NCBI GenBank assembly: GCA_024698485.1
Contig: JAILRC010000085.1
Span: forward strand, 23,639 to 87,638
Direction of reading: 5' to 3'
Length of the DNA stretch: 64,000 nucleotides
Source: Lachnospiraceae bacterium
GTDB lineage: Bacteria; Bacillota; Clostridia; Lachnospirales; Lachnospiraceae
The number at the start of each line of letters is the position of its first letter. Position 1 is the first letter of the stretch. A program made the translations under genes and the position numbers. The notes beneath the pieces are model-generated. The model did no database searches. It was not told the origin of the DNA and saw only the letters and a program-made list of their open reading frames with translations. Of this stretch, positions 28,259 to 36,490 are shown one piece after another.

Positions 28259-28296
28259 GCCTTGTATATAAGATATAGAGAAAGGAAATTTATTTA

Positions 28297-29931
28297 ATGA
28301 TCCAGGCAAGCAACATCACACTTCGTCTCGGAAAGAGAGCTCTTTTCGAAGACGTTAACATCAAATTTACCGAAGGAAACTGCTACGGTATCATCGGCGC
28401 CAACGGCGCGGGCAAATCCACCTTCCTTAAGATCCTTAACGGACAGCTGGAGCCCACAAAGGGAGATGTCATCATCACTCCCGGACAGCGTCTTTCTTTC
28501 CTGCAGCAGGACCACTTTAAATACGATGCATACAATGTTATGGACACCGTTATCATGGGTAACAAGCGTCTCTATGACATCATGAAGGAAAAGGACGCCA
28601 TCTATGCAAAGGAAGATTTCTCCGAAGAAGACGGCATACGTTCCGCAGAGCTTGAATCCGAATTTGCCGAGATGAACGGTTGGGAAGCTGAAAGCGACGC
28701 AGCCACACTCCTTAACGGTCTCGGTGTGGATACATCCCTTCATTACGCACAGATGTCGGAGCTCACAGGTCCCGTAAAGGTCAAGGTTCTCCTTGCTCAG
28801 GCTCTTTTCGGAAATCCGGACATATTGCTTCTGGACGAGCCTACGAACCATCTGGATCTGGATGCCATCAACTGGCTGGAAGAGTTCCTCATCAACTTTG
28901 ACAATACGGTCATCGTGGTTTCCCACGACCGTTACTTCCTGAACAAGGTCTGCACCCACATTGCGGACATAGACTATGCGAAGATCCAGCTGTATGCAGG
29001 TAACTACGACTTCTGGTACGAGTCCAGCCAGCTCATGATCCGTCAGATGAAGGAAGCCAACAAGAAGAAGGAAGAGCAGATCAAGGAACTTCAGGAATTT
29101 ATCCAGAGATTCTCAGCCAACGCTTCAAAGTCCAAGCAGGCTACTTCACGTAAGAGAGCCCTTGAGAAGATCGAGCTTGACGACATCAAGCCTTCATCCA
29201 GAAAGTATCCTTACATCGACTTCAGACCCATGCGTGAGATCGGAAACGAAGTCCTTGAGATCAAGAATCTTTCCAAGACCATCAACGGAGTCAAGATCCT
29301 TGACAACATCAATATGGTTGTGGGAAGAAACGATAAGATCGCTTTTGTAGGCGGTAACACCATTGCTGCCACCACACTTTTCAAGATCCTTATGGGAGAG
29401 ATGGAGCCTGACTCCGGAAGCTTCAAGTGGGGCATTACCACATCCCAGAGCTACTTCCCCAAGGACAACACCGAGATCTTCAAGGGCAGTGAGACCATCG
29501 TTGAACACCTGATGCCTTATTCCACAGTGGATGACGTTACCTATGTCAGAGGTTTCCTTGGAAGAATGCTTTTCGCAGGCGAGGAAGGCGTCAAGAAAGT
29601 CAACGTCCTTTCAGGTGGTGAGAAGGTGAGAGTAATGCTTTCCAAGATGATGCTCATCGGAGCCAATGTTATGCTCATGGACGAGCCCACCAACCATCTG
29701 GACATGGAATCCATCACTTCCCTTAACAATGCCCTTATCAAATTCCCTTCCGTAGTAATGTTCACGGCTCTTGACCATCAGTTCATCCAGACCGTGGCAA
29801 ACCGTATCGTGGAGATCGTTCCCGGCGGAAGCATGATCGATAAGGTTACAACATACGACGAATACCTTGAGAGCGATGAGCTGGCAAGAAAACGTCAGGT
29901 TCTTACATCACAGGTTGAAGAGGAAGACTGA
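28297..29931 (+). CDS. ABC-F family ATPase (YbiT/YkpA-like translation factor type); two ABC domains, no TM domain
   Basis: Two Walker A sites are present, one reading GANGAGKST, and two signature motifs (LSGGEKVRV in the second domain). A charged inter-domain linker reads KEANKKKEEQIKELQEFIQRFSANASKSKQATSRKRALEK. Confidence 0.85.
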   Translation: MIQASNITLRLGKRALFEDVNIKFTEGNCYGIIGANGAGKSTFLKILNGQLEPTKGDVIITPGQRLSFLQQDHFKYDAYNVMDTVIMGNKRLYDIMKEKDAIYAKEDFSEEDGIRSAELESEFAEMNGWEAESDAATLLNGLGVDTSLHYAQMSELTGPVKVKVLLAQALFGNPDILLLDEPTNHLDLDAINWLEEFLINFDNTVIVVSHDRYFLNKVCTHIADIDYAKIQLYAGNYDFWYESSQLMIRQMKEANKKKEEQIKELQEFIQRFSANASKSKQATSRKRALEKIELDDIKPSSRKYPYIDFRPMREIGNEVLEIKNLSKTINGVKILDNINMVVGRNDKIAFVGGNTIAATTLFKILMGEMEPDSGSFKWGITTSQSYFPKDNTEIFKGSETIVEHLMPYSTVDDVTYVRGFLGRMLFAGEEGVKKVNVLSGGEKVRVMLSKMMLIGANVMLMDEPTNHLDMESITSLNNALIKFPSVVMFTALDHQFIQTVANRIVEIVPGGSMIDKVTTYDEYLESDELARKRQVLTSQVEEED

Positions 29932-29968
29932 TTTGCGTAAAGGGACTGACAAAAACTTACATAATGTG

Positions 29969-31705
29969 ATGATCGGGTCACCTTTGGGAGCTTACGTGAA
30001 AGAAGACGGCGGATGCCGTTTTTCCGTGAGCCTCCCAAAGGCTTTTGATTGTTTACTGCGTATTTACGATGAAAATGGGAGACTTCTGGGAGAAAAATCC
30101 ATGAAAAAGGCCAAAAACGGCATATTCTCTACAGAAGTAGAACGCGTTCCTGCCTCCTATAACTTTAAAGTTGACGGACAGATCATTAACGATCCCTATG
30201 CCGCTAAAATAAAGGGCAGAGAGAAGTTTGGAAAGCGAAACGGACAGGATGAGACATGTGTAGTGGGAGGCTGCTTTGAAGCGGATGATTTCTCCTACGA
30301 TCTTTCTGAGCTCATCCTTTACAAACTTCATGTAAGAAACTTTACCATGGGTGTAGGATCGGGAACGGATCATCCCGGAACTTTTAAGGGCCTCGCGGAG
30401 AAGATACCATACCTCAAAAAGCTTGGTATTACAGGGCTTTTGCTGATGCCCGTCTATGAATTCGACGAGTGTCTCCCCGGCGGTGAACTGAACCTTTGGG
30501 GCTACGGCGGTGTGAACACCTACTTCTTTGCACCCAAGGCTTCCTATGCTTCGGAGCCTGAAAGAGCGGACGAGGAATTCGCTGAGACCGTGAGAAAACT
30601 TCATGAAGCCGGAATTGCTGTATTCATGGAGATAATGTTCGGTGAAGGAGCTTCCGAAAGCCTCATTGCTTCCTGTCTGCATCACTGGGCTTTAAACTAC
30701 GGCGTGGACGGCTTCAGGATCAATGACTGGCAGATCTCCGTTTCCTGTCTTGTGACGGATCCCTATCTTTCAAACTGTGTCTTCATGGTGACGGATGCGG
30801 AAGAAAAACTGGTGAATCTCTATCCCGGAAGGATCCTGAGATACAATGACGGATTCATGAACGACATGAGAAGATACATTAAGGGAGACGAAGGTTTTGT
30901 TCCCGTTCTCTATGACTACATGAAGAACAGGAGTGCATCTTCCGGAGTCAGATACATTACGGACCATGACGGTTTCACATTGAGAGATCTCTATTCCTAT
31001 GACGTAAAGCACAACGAAGCTAACGGCGAAAACGGCCGTGACGGCAAGGTTTCCAATTACAGCTGGAACTGCGGAGAAGAAGGGGAGACTTCAAACAGAA
31101 AAATCCAAAAGCTTCGCTTGAGGATGATGAAGAATGCCCTTGCAACACTTCTTCTTTCCGGCGGAGTTCCCATGATCCTTGCGGGAGATGAGTTCGGCAA
31201 CAGCCAGCAGGGAAACAACAACACCTGGTGTCAGGACAATGAAACGGGCCGGGTCGACTGGAACGAACTGCCCAAGTACCGTGAACTCCAAAAGTTCGTT
31301 AAGGAACTCATTGCTCTCAGAAAAGCTCATCCCATCCTTAAGGATATGAGAAATCTTTCCGAGTTTGACAGGACGGGCTGCGGTATGCCTGAAGTTTCGC
31401 TTCACGGAGAGACGCCCTGGCTCATCGACTGCCAGCCTTACAACCGTCTCGCAGGCATATATTTTTGCGGCTCGGCGGGAAAAGATGAAATTGACGATGA
31501 TTTTTATATAATATATAATATGCACTGGGAAAAACATCTGTTCAAGATACCTTCTCTCCACGGGGAAGACTTTAAGGTGTTGTTCTCAAGCAACAAGGAC
31601 TGCAAGATCGATGAAGGAAAGGCTGAGATCCCGGTGGGACCCAGATCGGTGGTCCTTTTGGTTAAGGCTAAAGAGGGAAAGGCAGATGGAACAGCAAAAA
31701 AGTAG
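29969..31705 (+). CDS. GlgX-like GH13 protein (glycogen debranching enzyme family) with apparently degenerate catalytic motifs
   Basis: There is strong collinearity with GlgX in region IV and beyond (YITDHDGFTLRDLYSYDVKHNEANGENGRDG...LLLSGGVPMILAGDEFGNSQQGNNNTWCQDNE). Regions I-III look altered; see findings. An alternative TTG start at 29933 has a better SD (GAGGAAG). Confidence 0.7.
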   Translation: MIGSPLGAYVKEDGGCRFSVSLPKAFDCLLRIYDENGRLLGEKSMKKAKNGIFSTEVERVPASYNFKVDGQIINDPYAAKIKGREKFGKRNGQDETCVVGGCFEADDFSYDLSELILYKLHVRNFTMGVGSGTDHPGTFKGLAEKIPYLKKLGITGLLLMPVYEFDECLPGGELNLWGYGGVNTYFFAPKASYASEPERADEEFAETVRKLHEAGIAVFMEIMFGEGASESLIASCLHHWALNYGVDGFRINDWQISVSCLVTDPYLSNCVFMVTDAEEKLVNLYPGRILRYNDGFMNDMRRYIKGDEGFVPVLYDYMKNRSASSGVRYITDHDGFTLRDLYSYDVKHNEANGENGRDGKVSNYSWNCGEEGETSNRKIQKLRLRMMKNALATLLLSGGVPMILAGDEFGNSQQGNNNTWCQDNETGRVDWNELPKYRELQKFVKELIALRKAHPILKDMRNLSEFDRTGCGMPEVSLHGETPWLIDCQPYNRLAGIYFCGSAGKDEIDDDFYIIYNMHWEKHLFKIPSLHGEDFKVLFSSNKDCKIDEGKAEIPVGPRSVVLLVKAKEGKADGTAKK

Positions 31706-32495
31706 ATTTTCTTTAAATGCTTTTCAGATAAAGGTTTTGGCTCTGTTTTTTTACATTGCCGGAAAGAGTCTGATCCAGATCAGTTATCTGCATCTTGAGG
31801 GTGAGACGTTCTCATCCCTTTTGTGGACTGTGCTCTTTATTGCCGGAAATTTCATGCATCTCATGGCTGTTCCCATGATCGCCCTTCTCACAGTGGAAGC
31901 GGTGATGAAGACGCGAAATCTGAGACAGTATTTCACACGTCTGGGATTTGCCGCGGTGCTCACCGAGATCCTTCTGGATCTTGCGGCCTACGGCGGGAAA
32001 TGCTTTGATTTTTCCCATGGTTTTTTGGAAAACCCTGCCATCAAAGCAGACCTGAATTTCTACTTCACCCTGATCATAGGCTCTGTTGCCGTTGTTCTCA
32101 TGGACAGGGTGATCAACAAAAGGTTCAGGGCAGGCAGTGTGCCTTACGTGCTGCTCAATGTGCTGGTGATCCTTGTAAGCTGCTTTTTAGCTCAGGTTCC
32201 GACAGGTTTACGGTGCGAACAGGGCGGCCTCGGTGTTTTGATGATGTGTGCCGTTTATTTCTTCTATGGCAATCCGCTCATCACCCTCATCGTCATCGCT
32301 GTGCTTCAGGTCATTGCATTGGGCTCCAATTTCCTGCTGGTACTTGCTCCCATTCTGGGAGGTCTGACCATACTTTTTTACAACGGAAATGAAGGCAGAA
32401 AGACAGGCCTCATAAGGCTTGTAACCTATATTGCCTATCCGATCTGTTACGGGATCCTGATCTTTGTATTGGGAATAGTGGGGGGAAGAACTTGA
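31686..32495 (+). CDS. TraX-family polytopic membrane protein
   Basis: LNAFQIKVLALFF at the N-terminus, MAVPMIALLTVEAVMKTRNLRQYFTRLGFAAVLTEILLDLA, and FYNGNEGRK...YIAYPICYGILIFVLG at the C-terminus follow the TraX (PF05857-like) pattern as I remember it. The start overlaps the upstream stop by 20 nt. Confidence 0.6.
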   Translation: MEQQKSRFSLNAFQIKVLALFFYIAGKSLIQISYLHLEGETFSSLLWTVLFIAGNFMHLMAVPMIALLTVEAVMKTRNLRQYFTRLGFAAVLTEILLDLAAYGGKCFDFSHGFLENPAIKADLNFYFTLIIGSVAVVLMDRVINKRFRAGSVPYVLLNVLVILVSCFLAQVPTGLRCEQGGLGVLMMCAVYFFYGNPLITLIVIAVLQVIALGSNFLLVLAPILGGLTILFYNGNEGRKTGLIRLVTYIAYPICYGILIFVLGIVGGRT

Positions 32496-32971
32496 AAGAA
32501 CTTAAGATCACGGAAATGAACAGATTCATGGGGAAACTCCTTAAAAGCGATGCTTTTGACCGTTTTTTGTTCAGGGAAGGCACCGTAAGGACCTTCATGG
32601 ATTTCATTTATTCCGGAGAGATACATGCAGATTATTTCGATTCCGAAGAAAGAGACGGGCTGCAAAAATATGCCCGATGGAGTGATGTCAAAGAAAACAT
32701 ATTGGGGCTGATTCGGGGAAAACATACGCCTCTTTGCATCCAACTGTCTTTTCTTGCGGATGAGGAACTGAAACTTGAAACTGCGGGAACGGGAGAAAAA
32801 GGCATCTTCTCCCTCAGTATGGGATTTACTTATAAGAACGGCTCTGCGACCATTGTTACGGGGATTTACAGAAACACTTTTTCTTTGGACAAAGAGCTTG
32901 AAAAAAAATGGGACCTTAAGGTGGAACAATTTCTTACCGAGAATGAGATTAATTTTGAGGAGATGGTATAG
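32492..32971 (+). CDS. hypothetical cytoplasmic protein (159 aa); no family recognised with confidence
   Basis: A TTG start overlaps the TraX-like stop (cTTGAaa), with a GGGGGAAG SD. The stop lies 3 nt before the next start. No TM segments. An alternative ATG is at 32516. Confidence 0.55.
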   Translation: MKELKITEMNRFMGKLLKSDAFDRFLFREGTVRTFMDFIYSGEIHADYFDSEERDGLQKYARWSDVKENILGLIRGKHTPLCIQLSFLADEELKLETAGTGEKGIFSLSMGFTYKNGSATIVTGIYRNTFSLDKELEKKWDLKVEQFLTENEINFEEMV

Positions 32972-32973
32972 TA

Positions 32974-33783
32974 ATGGAAATACAACTTTGGAGAGAGATA
33001 CTGGAACCCTATTCTTTGGCTGTTGACGAACTTGTGGTCAAGTTCGAGCATATGATCAGAGCCAAGAGACAGAACGGTCAATATTCTCCCATGGAGAGAG
33101 TGGAAGGTCGAGTGAAGACCATTTACTCCATTTTGGAAAAGTGCCAGAAAAAGGGGATCCCCTATGAGCGCTTTGAAGAAAAACTGGGTGACATTGCGGG
33201 CATCCGTATCACCTGCCAGTTTGTGGACGATATCTATGAAGTGGTGCGCCTCATCCGTCTGAGATCCGACATGAGGGTCAAGAATGAGAAGGACTACATC
33301 AAGAACACCAAGGATTCGGGCTACAGAAGCTATCATATGATAGTTTATTACACCGTGGAAACGGAAAAAGGCCCCCGGGAGATCCCGGTGGAGATTCAGA
33401 TCAGAACTCTTGCCATGAATTTCTGGGCTACGGTGGAACACTCGCTGCAGTACAAGTATAAGGAAAATCTTCCCGAGAGTATTGCGGAGAGACTTCATAA
33501 AGCCGCAGACGCCATCGTCACTCTGGATCAGGAAATGTCCTCAATACGTGAAGACATCCTGGATTCCCAGATTTCCTTTAACATTAAGGCTGAGATGGTG
33601 GCTGACATTCTGAACAACATCCAGAATCTTTACAAGGTGGCGAACAAAAAGGAAGTGGTACAGATCCAGGACGAATTTTTCAAGATCTATTCCACCGACG
33701 ACCTTTCCGCACTCAACAAGTTCTCCCACGAACTTGATACCATAGCGGAAGGCTACAGGGCTCAGAGCCTCAACCTTAATTAA
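32974..33783 (+). CDS. relQ: small alarmone synthetase, (p)ppGpp synthetase of the RelQ/YjbM type
   Basis: Collinear with B. subtilis YjbM: GRVK...SILEK, DIAGIRITCQFVDDIY, DYIKNTKDSGYRSYHMIVYY, EIQIRTLAMNFWATVEHSLQYKYK. It carries about 60 extra C-terminal residues. Confidence 0.88.
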   Translation: MEIQLWREILEPYSLAVDELVVKFEHMIRAKRQNGQYSPMERVEGRVKTIYSILEKCQKKGIPYERFEEKLGDIAGIRITCQFVDDIYEVVRLIRLRSDMRVKNEKDYIKNTKDSGYRSYHMIVYYTVETEKGPREIPVEIQIRTLAMNFWATVEHSLQYKYKENLPESIAERLHKAADAIVTLDQEMSSIREDILDSQISFNIKAEMVADILNNIQNLYKVANKKEVVQIQDEFFKIYSTDDLSALNKFSHELDTIAEGYRAQSLNLN

Positions 33784-33801
33784 AACAAGAAAGAATTAAA
33801 T

Positions 33802-35175
33802 ATGAACAGACTGCCTGAAAAATTTGAAAATAAGATGAAAGAGATTTTGGGCGATGAATTTGACGCCTTCATTGCGGGATTCAATGAACCCCGCTTCGGA
33901 GGCGTTCGTTTTAACAGTCTCAAGATCGACAGGGAAAAGTGGGAGAAGATGGCTCCTTTTGAAGTGCGTCCCGTTCCCTGGACCCCCAACGGTTACTACT
34001 ACAATCTGAAAGACCAGCCGGCAAAGCATCCCTACTATTTTGCCGGTCTCTTTTACATACAGGAACCCTCTGCCATGACTCCCGCAAGCATGCTTCCCGT
34101 GGAGCCCGGTGACAGGGTTTTGGACATATGCGCCGCTCCCGGAGGAAAGAGCACGGAACTTGCCGCAAAACTAAAGGGCAAAGGTGTTCTTTTTTCAAAT
34201 GATATCAGTAATTCCAGAGCCAAGGCTCTCCTTAAGAATCTGGAACTTTTCGGAAGCAGGAATTCTGTAGTGCTTTCCGAGGCTCCGGGAAAACTCACGG
34301 AAAGGTTCAAAGGCTATTTCAACAAGATCCTCATCGATGCTCCCTGCAGCGGGGAAGGCATGTTCAGAAAGAGTCCTGCCATCATGAAGAACTGGGAACA
34401 GTACGGAACGGAGTACTATCACAAACTCCAGTTGGAGATCATTGACAGTGTTGTTCCCATGCTGGCGCCGGGAGGAATGATGGTCTATTCCACCTGTACT
34501 TTTGATCCCGACGAGGATGAAGGCTCCATTGAGTACATCCTTAACAAATGGTCGGATATGCATGTGGTAAAGCCTGAGTTCCGATATAAGAGATTCGCCT
34601 GGGGAAGACCTGAGCTTGTGGGCTCAGACAAAAAGGAAATCTCAAATGCCGTCAGACTCTGGCCTCACATCCTTGAAGGAGAAGGCCACTTCTCGGCTTT
34701 GCTGGTTAAGGACGAGGGTTCTGACGGGTTCTTCGGAGAACCCTACATGGTGAAGACTCCCAAGCTTCCCGATGAAGTGACGGACTTCTTTAAGCACGTG
34801 GACACAGAACTTCCCGCAGACCGGCTGGAACTCAGGGAAAACAGGCTTTATCTTGTCCCTGAGGGTATTCCGGATCTTAAGGGGCTTCGCATCATGAGAA
34901 CGGGACTTTTACTGGGAGAGATGGCAAAGAACCGTTTTGAGCCTTCCCAGGCTCTTGCCTGTGCATTAAAAGCCGGTGAATATGACAATGTTTATGATAT
35001 GGACGTGAATGATGAAGATGTGGTGAGATACTTAAAGTGTGAGACCGTTGACGCCAAGACGGACGTTAAAGACGGATGGGTGCTGGTGACTGTCGAAGGT
35101 TTCCCTCTGGGCTGGGCAAAGTCCAAGGGAAATGTGCTTAAGAACAAGTATCTTCCCGGATGGAGAATGATGTAA
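33802..35175 (+). CDS. rsmF: RsmB/RsmF-family rRNA cytosine-C5 methyltransferase (NOL1/NOP2/Sun) with C-terminal RNA-binding domain
   Basis: GLFYIQEPSAM, DICAAPGGKST, ILIDAPCSGEGMFRK and YSTCTF are the conserved m5C methyltransferase motifs. Confidence 0.8.
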   Translation: MNRLPEKFENKMKEILGDEFDAFIAGFNEPRFGGVRFNSLKIDREKWEKMAPFEVRPVPWTPNGYYYNLKDQPAKHPYYFAGLFYIQEPSAMTPASMLPVEPGDRVLDICAAPGGKSTELAAKLKGKGVLFSNDISNSRAKALLKNLELFGSRNSVVLSEAPGKLTERFKGYFNKILIDAPCSGEGMFRKSPAIMKNWEQYGTEYYHKLQLEIIDSVVPMLAPGGMMVYSTCTFDPDEDEGSIEYILNKWSDMHVVKPEFRYKRFAWGRPELVGSDKKEISNAVRLWPHILEGEGHFSALLVKDEGSDGFFGEPYMVKTPKLPDEVTDFFKHVDTELPADRLELRENRLYLVPEGIPDLKGLRIMRTGLLLGEMAKNRFEPSQALACALKAGEYDNVYDMDVNDEDVVRYLKCETVDAKTDVKDGWVLVTVEGFPLGWAKSKGNVLKNKYLPGWRMM

Positions 35176-35897
35176 TGGCAGACAGACTGGACAAATTCAT
35201 CAGCGAAAATTCGGGACTTACAAGATCCGAAGCCAAGAAGGCGCTGGCGTCGGGAAGAGTTACGGTGAACGGGGCTGTTTGTAAAAAAGGTGAGACCAAG
35301 GTTTCGGAAAGCGACAGGGTGACTCTGGACGGGAATGGCCTTAAGGTCATAGGACAGGTCTACATCCTTTTAAACAAGCCTGCGGGAGTACTTTCAGCCA
35401 CGGAAGACACCAGAGACAGGACAGTGCTGGATCTGTTAAAGGAAGATCCGGAGATTCGGGAGAGCTGTCCGAGAAACGGACTTTTTCCCGTAGGCCGTCT
35501 GGACAAGGATACGGAAGGACTTCTCATCATCACCAACGACGGAGTGCTGAGCCACAATCTTTTGAGCCCTGCAAAGCATGTGGAAAAGGAGTATCTTGCA
35601 GTATGCGACGGAGAACTTGCAAAAGATGCTGCGGATCGCTTTGCCGAAGGCATACAGGTGGGTGAAGAATACAAAGCAAAACCCGCGAAACTTACGGTGG
35701 TTTCGGAAAACGAGAATGAATGTACCCTGAAGATCGTTCTTACGGAAGGACGTTTTCATCAGGTGAAGCGCATGTGCCACGAAGTGGGTGTGGAAGTGAG
35801 ATACCTTAAGCGAATCAGGTTCGGAGAACTGGTGCTGCCGGAGGATATGCCCGTGGGAGCCATGAAGTTTATTGACAAAAAAGAGATCACAGGCTGA
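35175..35897 (+). CDS. rsuA: RsuA/RluB-family pseudouridine synthase with S4 domain
   Basis: S4 domain RLDKFISENSGLTRSEAKKALASGRVTVNG. Catalytic motif PVGRLDKDTEGLLIITNDG, plus GRFHQVKRM. Start is TAATG, overlapping the rsmF stop. ATG 35160 is an alternative. Confidence 0.85.
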   Translation: MADRLDKFISENSGLTRSEAKKALASGRVTVNGAVCKKGETKVSESDRVTLDGNGLKVIGQVYILLNKPAGVLSATEDTRDRTVLDLLKEDPEIRESCPRNGLFPVGRLDKDTEGLLIITNDGVLSHNLLSPAKHVEKEYLAVCDGELAKDAADRFAEGIQVGEEYKAKPAKLTVVSENENECTLKIVLTEGRFHQVKRMCHEVGVEVRYLKRIRFGELVLPEDMPVGAMKFIDKKEITG

Positions 35898-35908
35898 TAG
35901 GAGATAAT

Positions 35909-36490
35909 ATGCTTAAAAAGAAAGAACGAGGAGAATACGGCTATCTTAAATATAAAAAGACGGTGCTCACCCTGGGATTCGTAGGAGTGCTTGCAGCTTC
36001 TCTTGGGATCTTTTTCCTGGGACTGGTGCTGAACAAATGGGAGACTGCCAATCTTTTTACCATAGTGGCCATTTTGGGGGTGTTGCCGGGAGCAAAGATG
36101 CTGACACTTCTGGTGGTGGTACTTCCTCACAGATCCATGGACGAAAAAGAAAAGGTCATGATCGACGGCCTTCTTCAAAAGGATGATGCAGTGTTTTACG
36201 ATGCGGTGTTCACTTCCAAGGAACGCCCCATGCATCTTGATGCCATCGTCGTCACGGGACATCAGATCATCGGATACACAACGGATAAAAAGGACAAGAT
36301 CCAAAAGACCGAAGAGTACTTTAAGAAAGAATGCGAACTCAGAAAAGCGGATTTTGTGTGCTTTGTGACGGATTCCGAAAAAACCTTCGTCAATCGTTTC
36401 CGTATGAGGAACGAGGATGAGACGGTTTCGGAGAAGCAGGCGGTTCAGAGAGACATGGTACTGGAATTCATAAGAACGGCGATAGTATAA
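35909..36490 (+). CDS. hypothetical membrane protein (2 TM plus a ~110-aa cytoplasmic domain)
   Basis: SD is TAGGAG. Two hydrophobic helices (VLTLGFVGVLAASLGIFFLGLVL and LFTIVAILGVLPGAKMLTLLVVVL). No family recognised. The stop overlaps the start of the next gene. Confidence 0.6.
   Translation: MLKKKERGEYGYLKYKKTVLTLGFVGVLAASLGIFFLGLVLNKWETANLFTIVAILGVLPGAKMLTLLVVVLPHRSMDEKEKVMIDGLLQKDDAVFYDAVFTSKERPMHLDAIVVTGHQIIGYTTDKKDKIQKTEEYFKKECELRKADFVCFVTDSEKTFVNRFRMRNEDETVSEKQAVQRDMVLEFIRTAIV

Noticed and set aside
31686-32495. The TraX-family gene as evidence for an integrated conjugative element.
   Set aside because: There is no relaxase, coupling protein, VirB4-type ATPase, integrase, or flanking repeats or tRNA anywhere in the window. 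Chromosomal TraX-like proteins are common in Clostridia outside conjugation loci.
32492-33783. A toxic small alarmone synthetase (toxSAS) toxin-antitoxin pair, suggested by a small unknown ORF tightly coupled to a SAS.
   Set aside because: The synthetase is collinear with housekeeping RelQ/YjbM along the whole catalytic domain. The pair is embedded in a longer coupled operon in a core-genome context, with no mobile-element or defence-island neighbours. The idea cannot be fully excluded without a family-level phylogeny.
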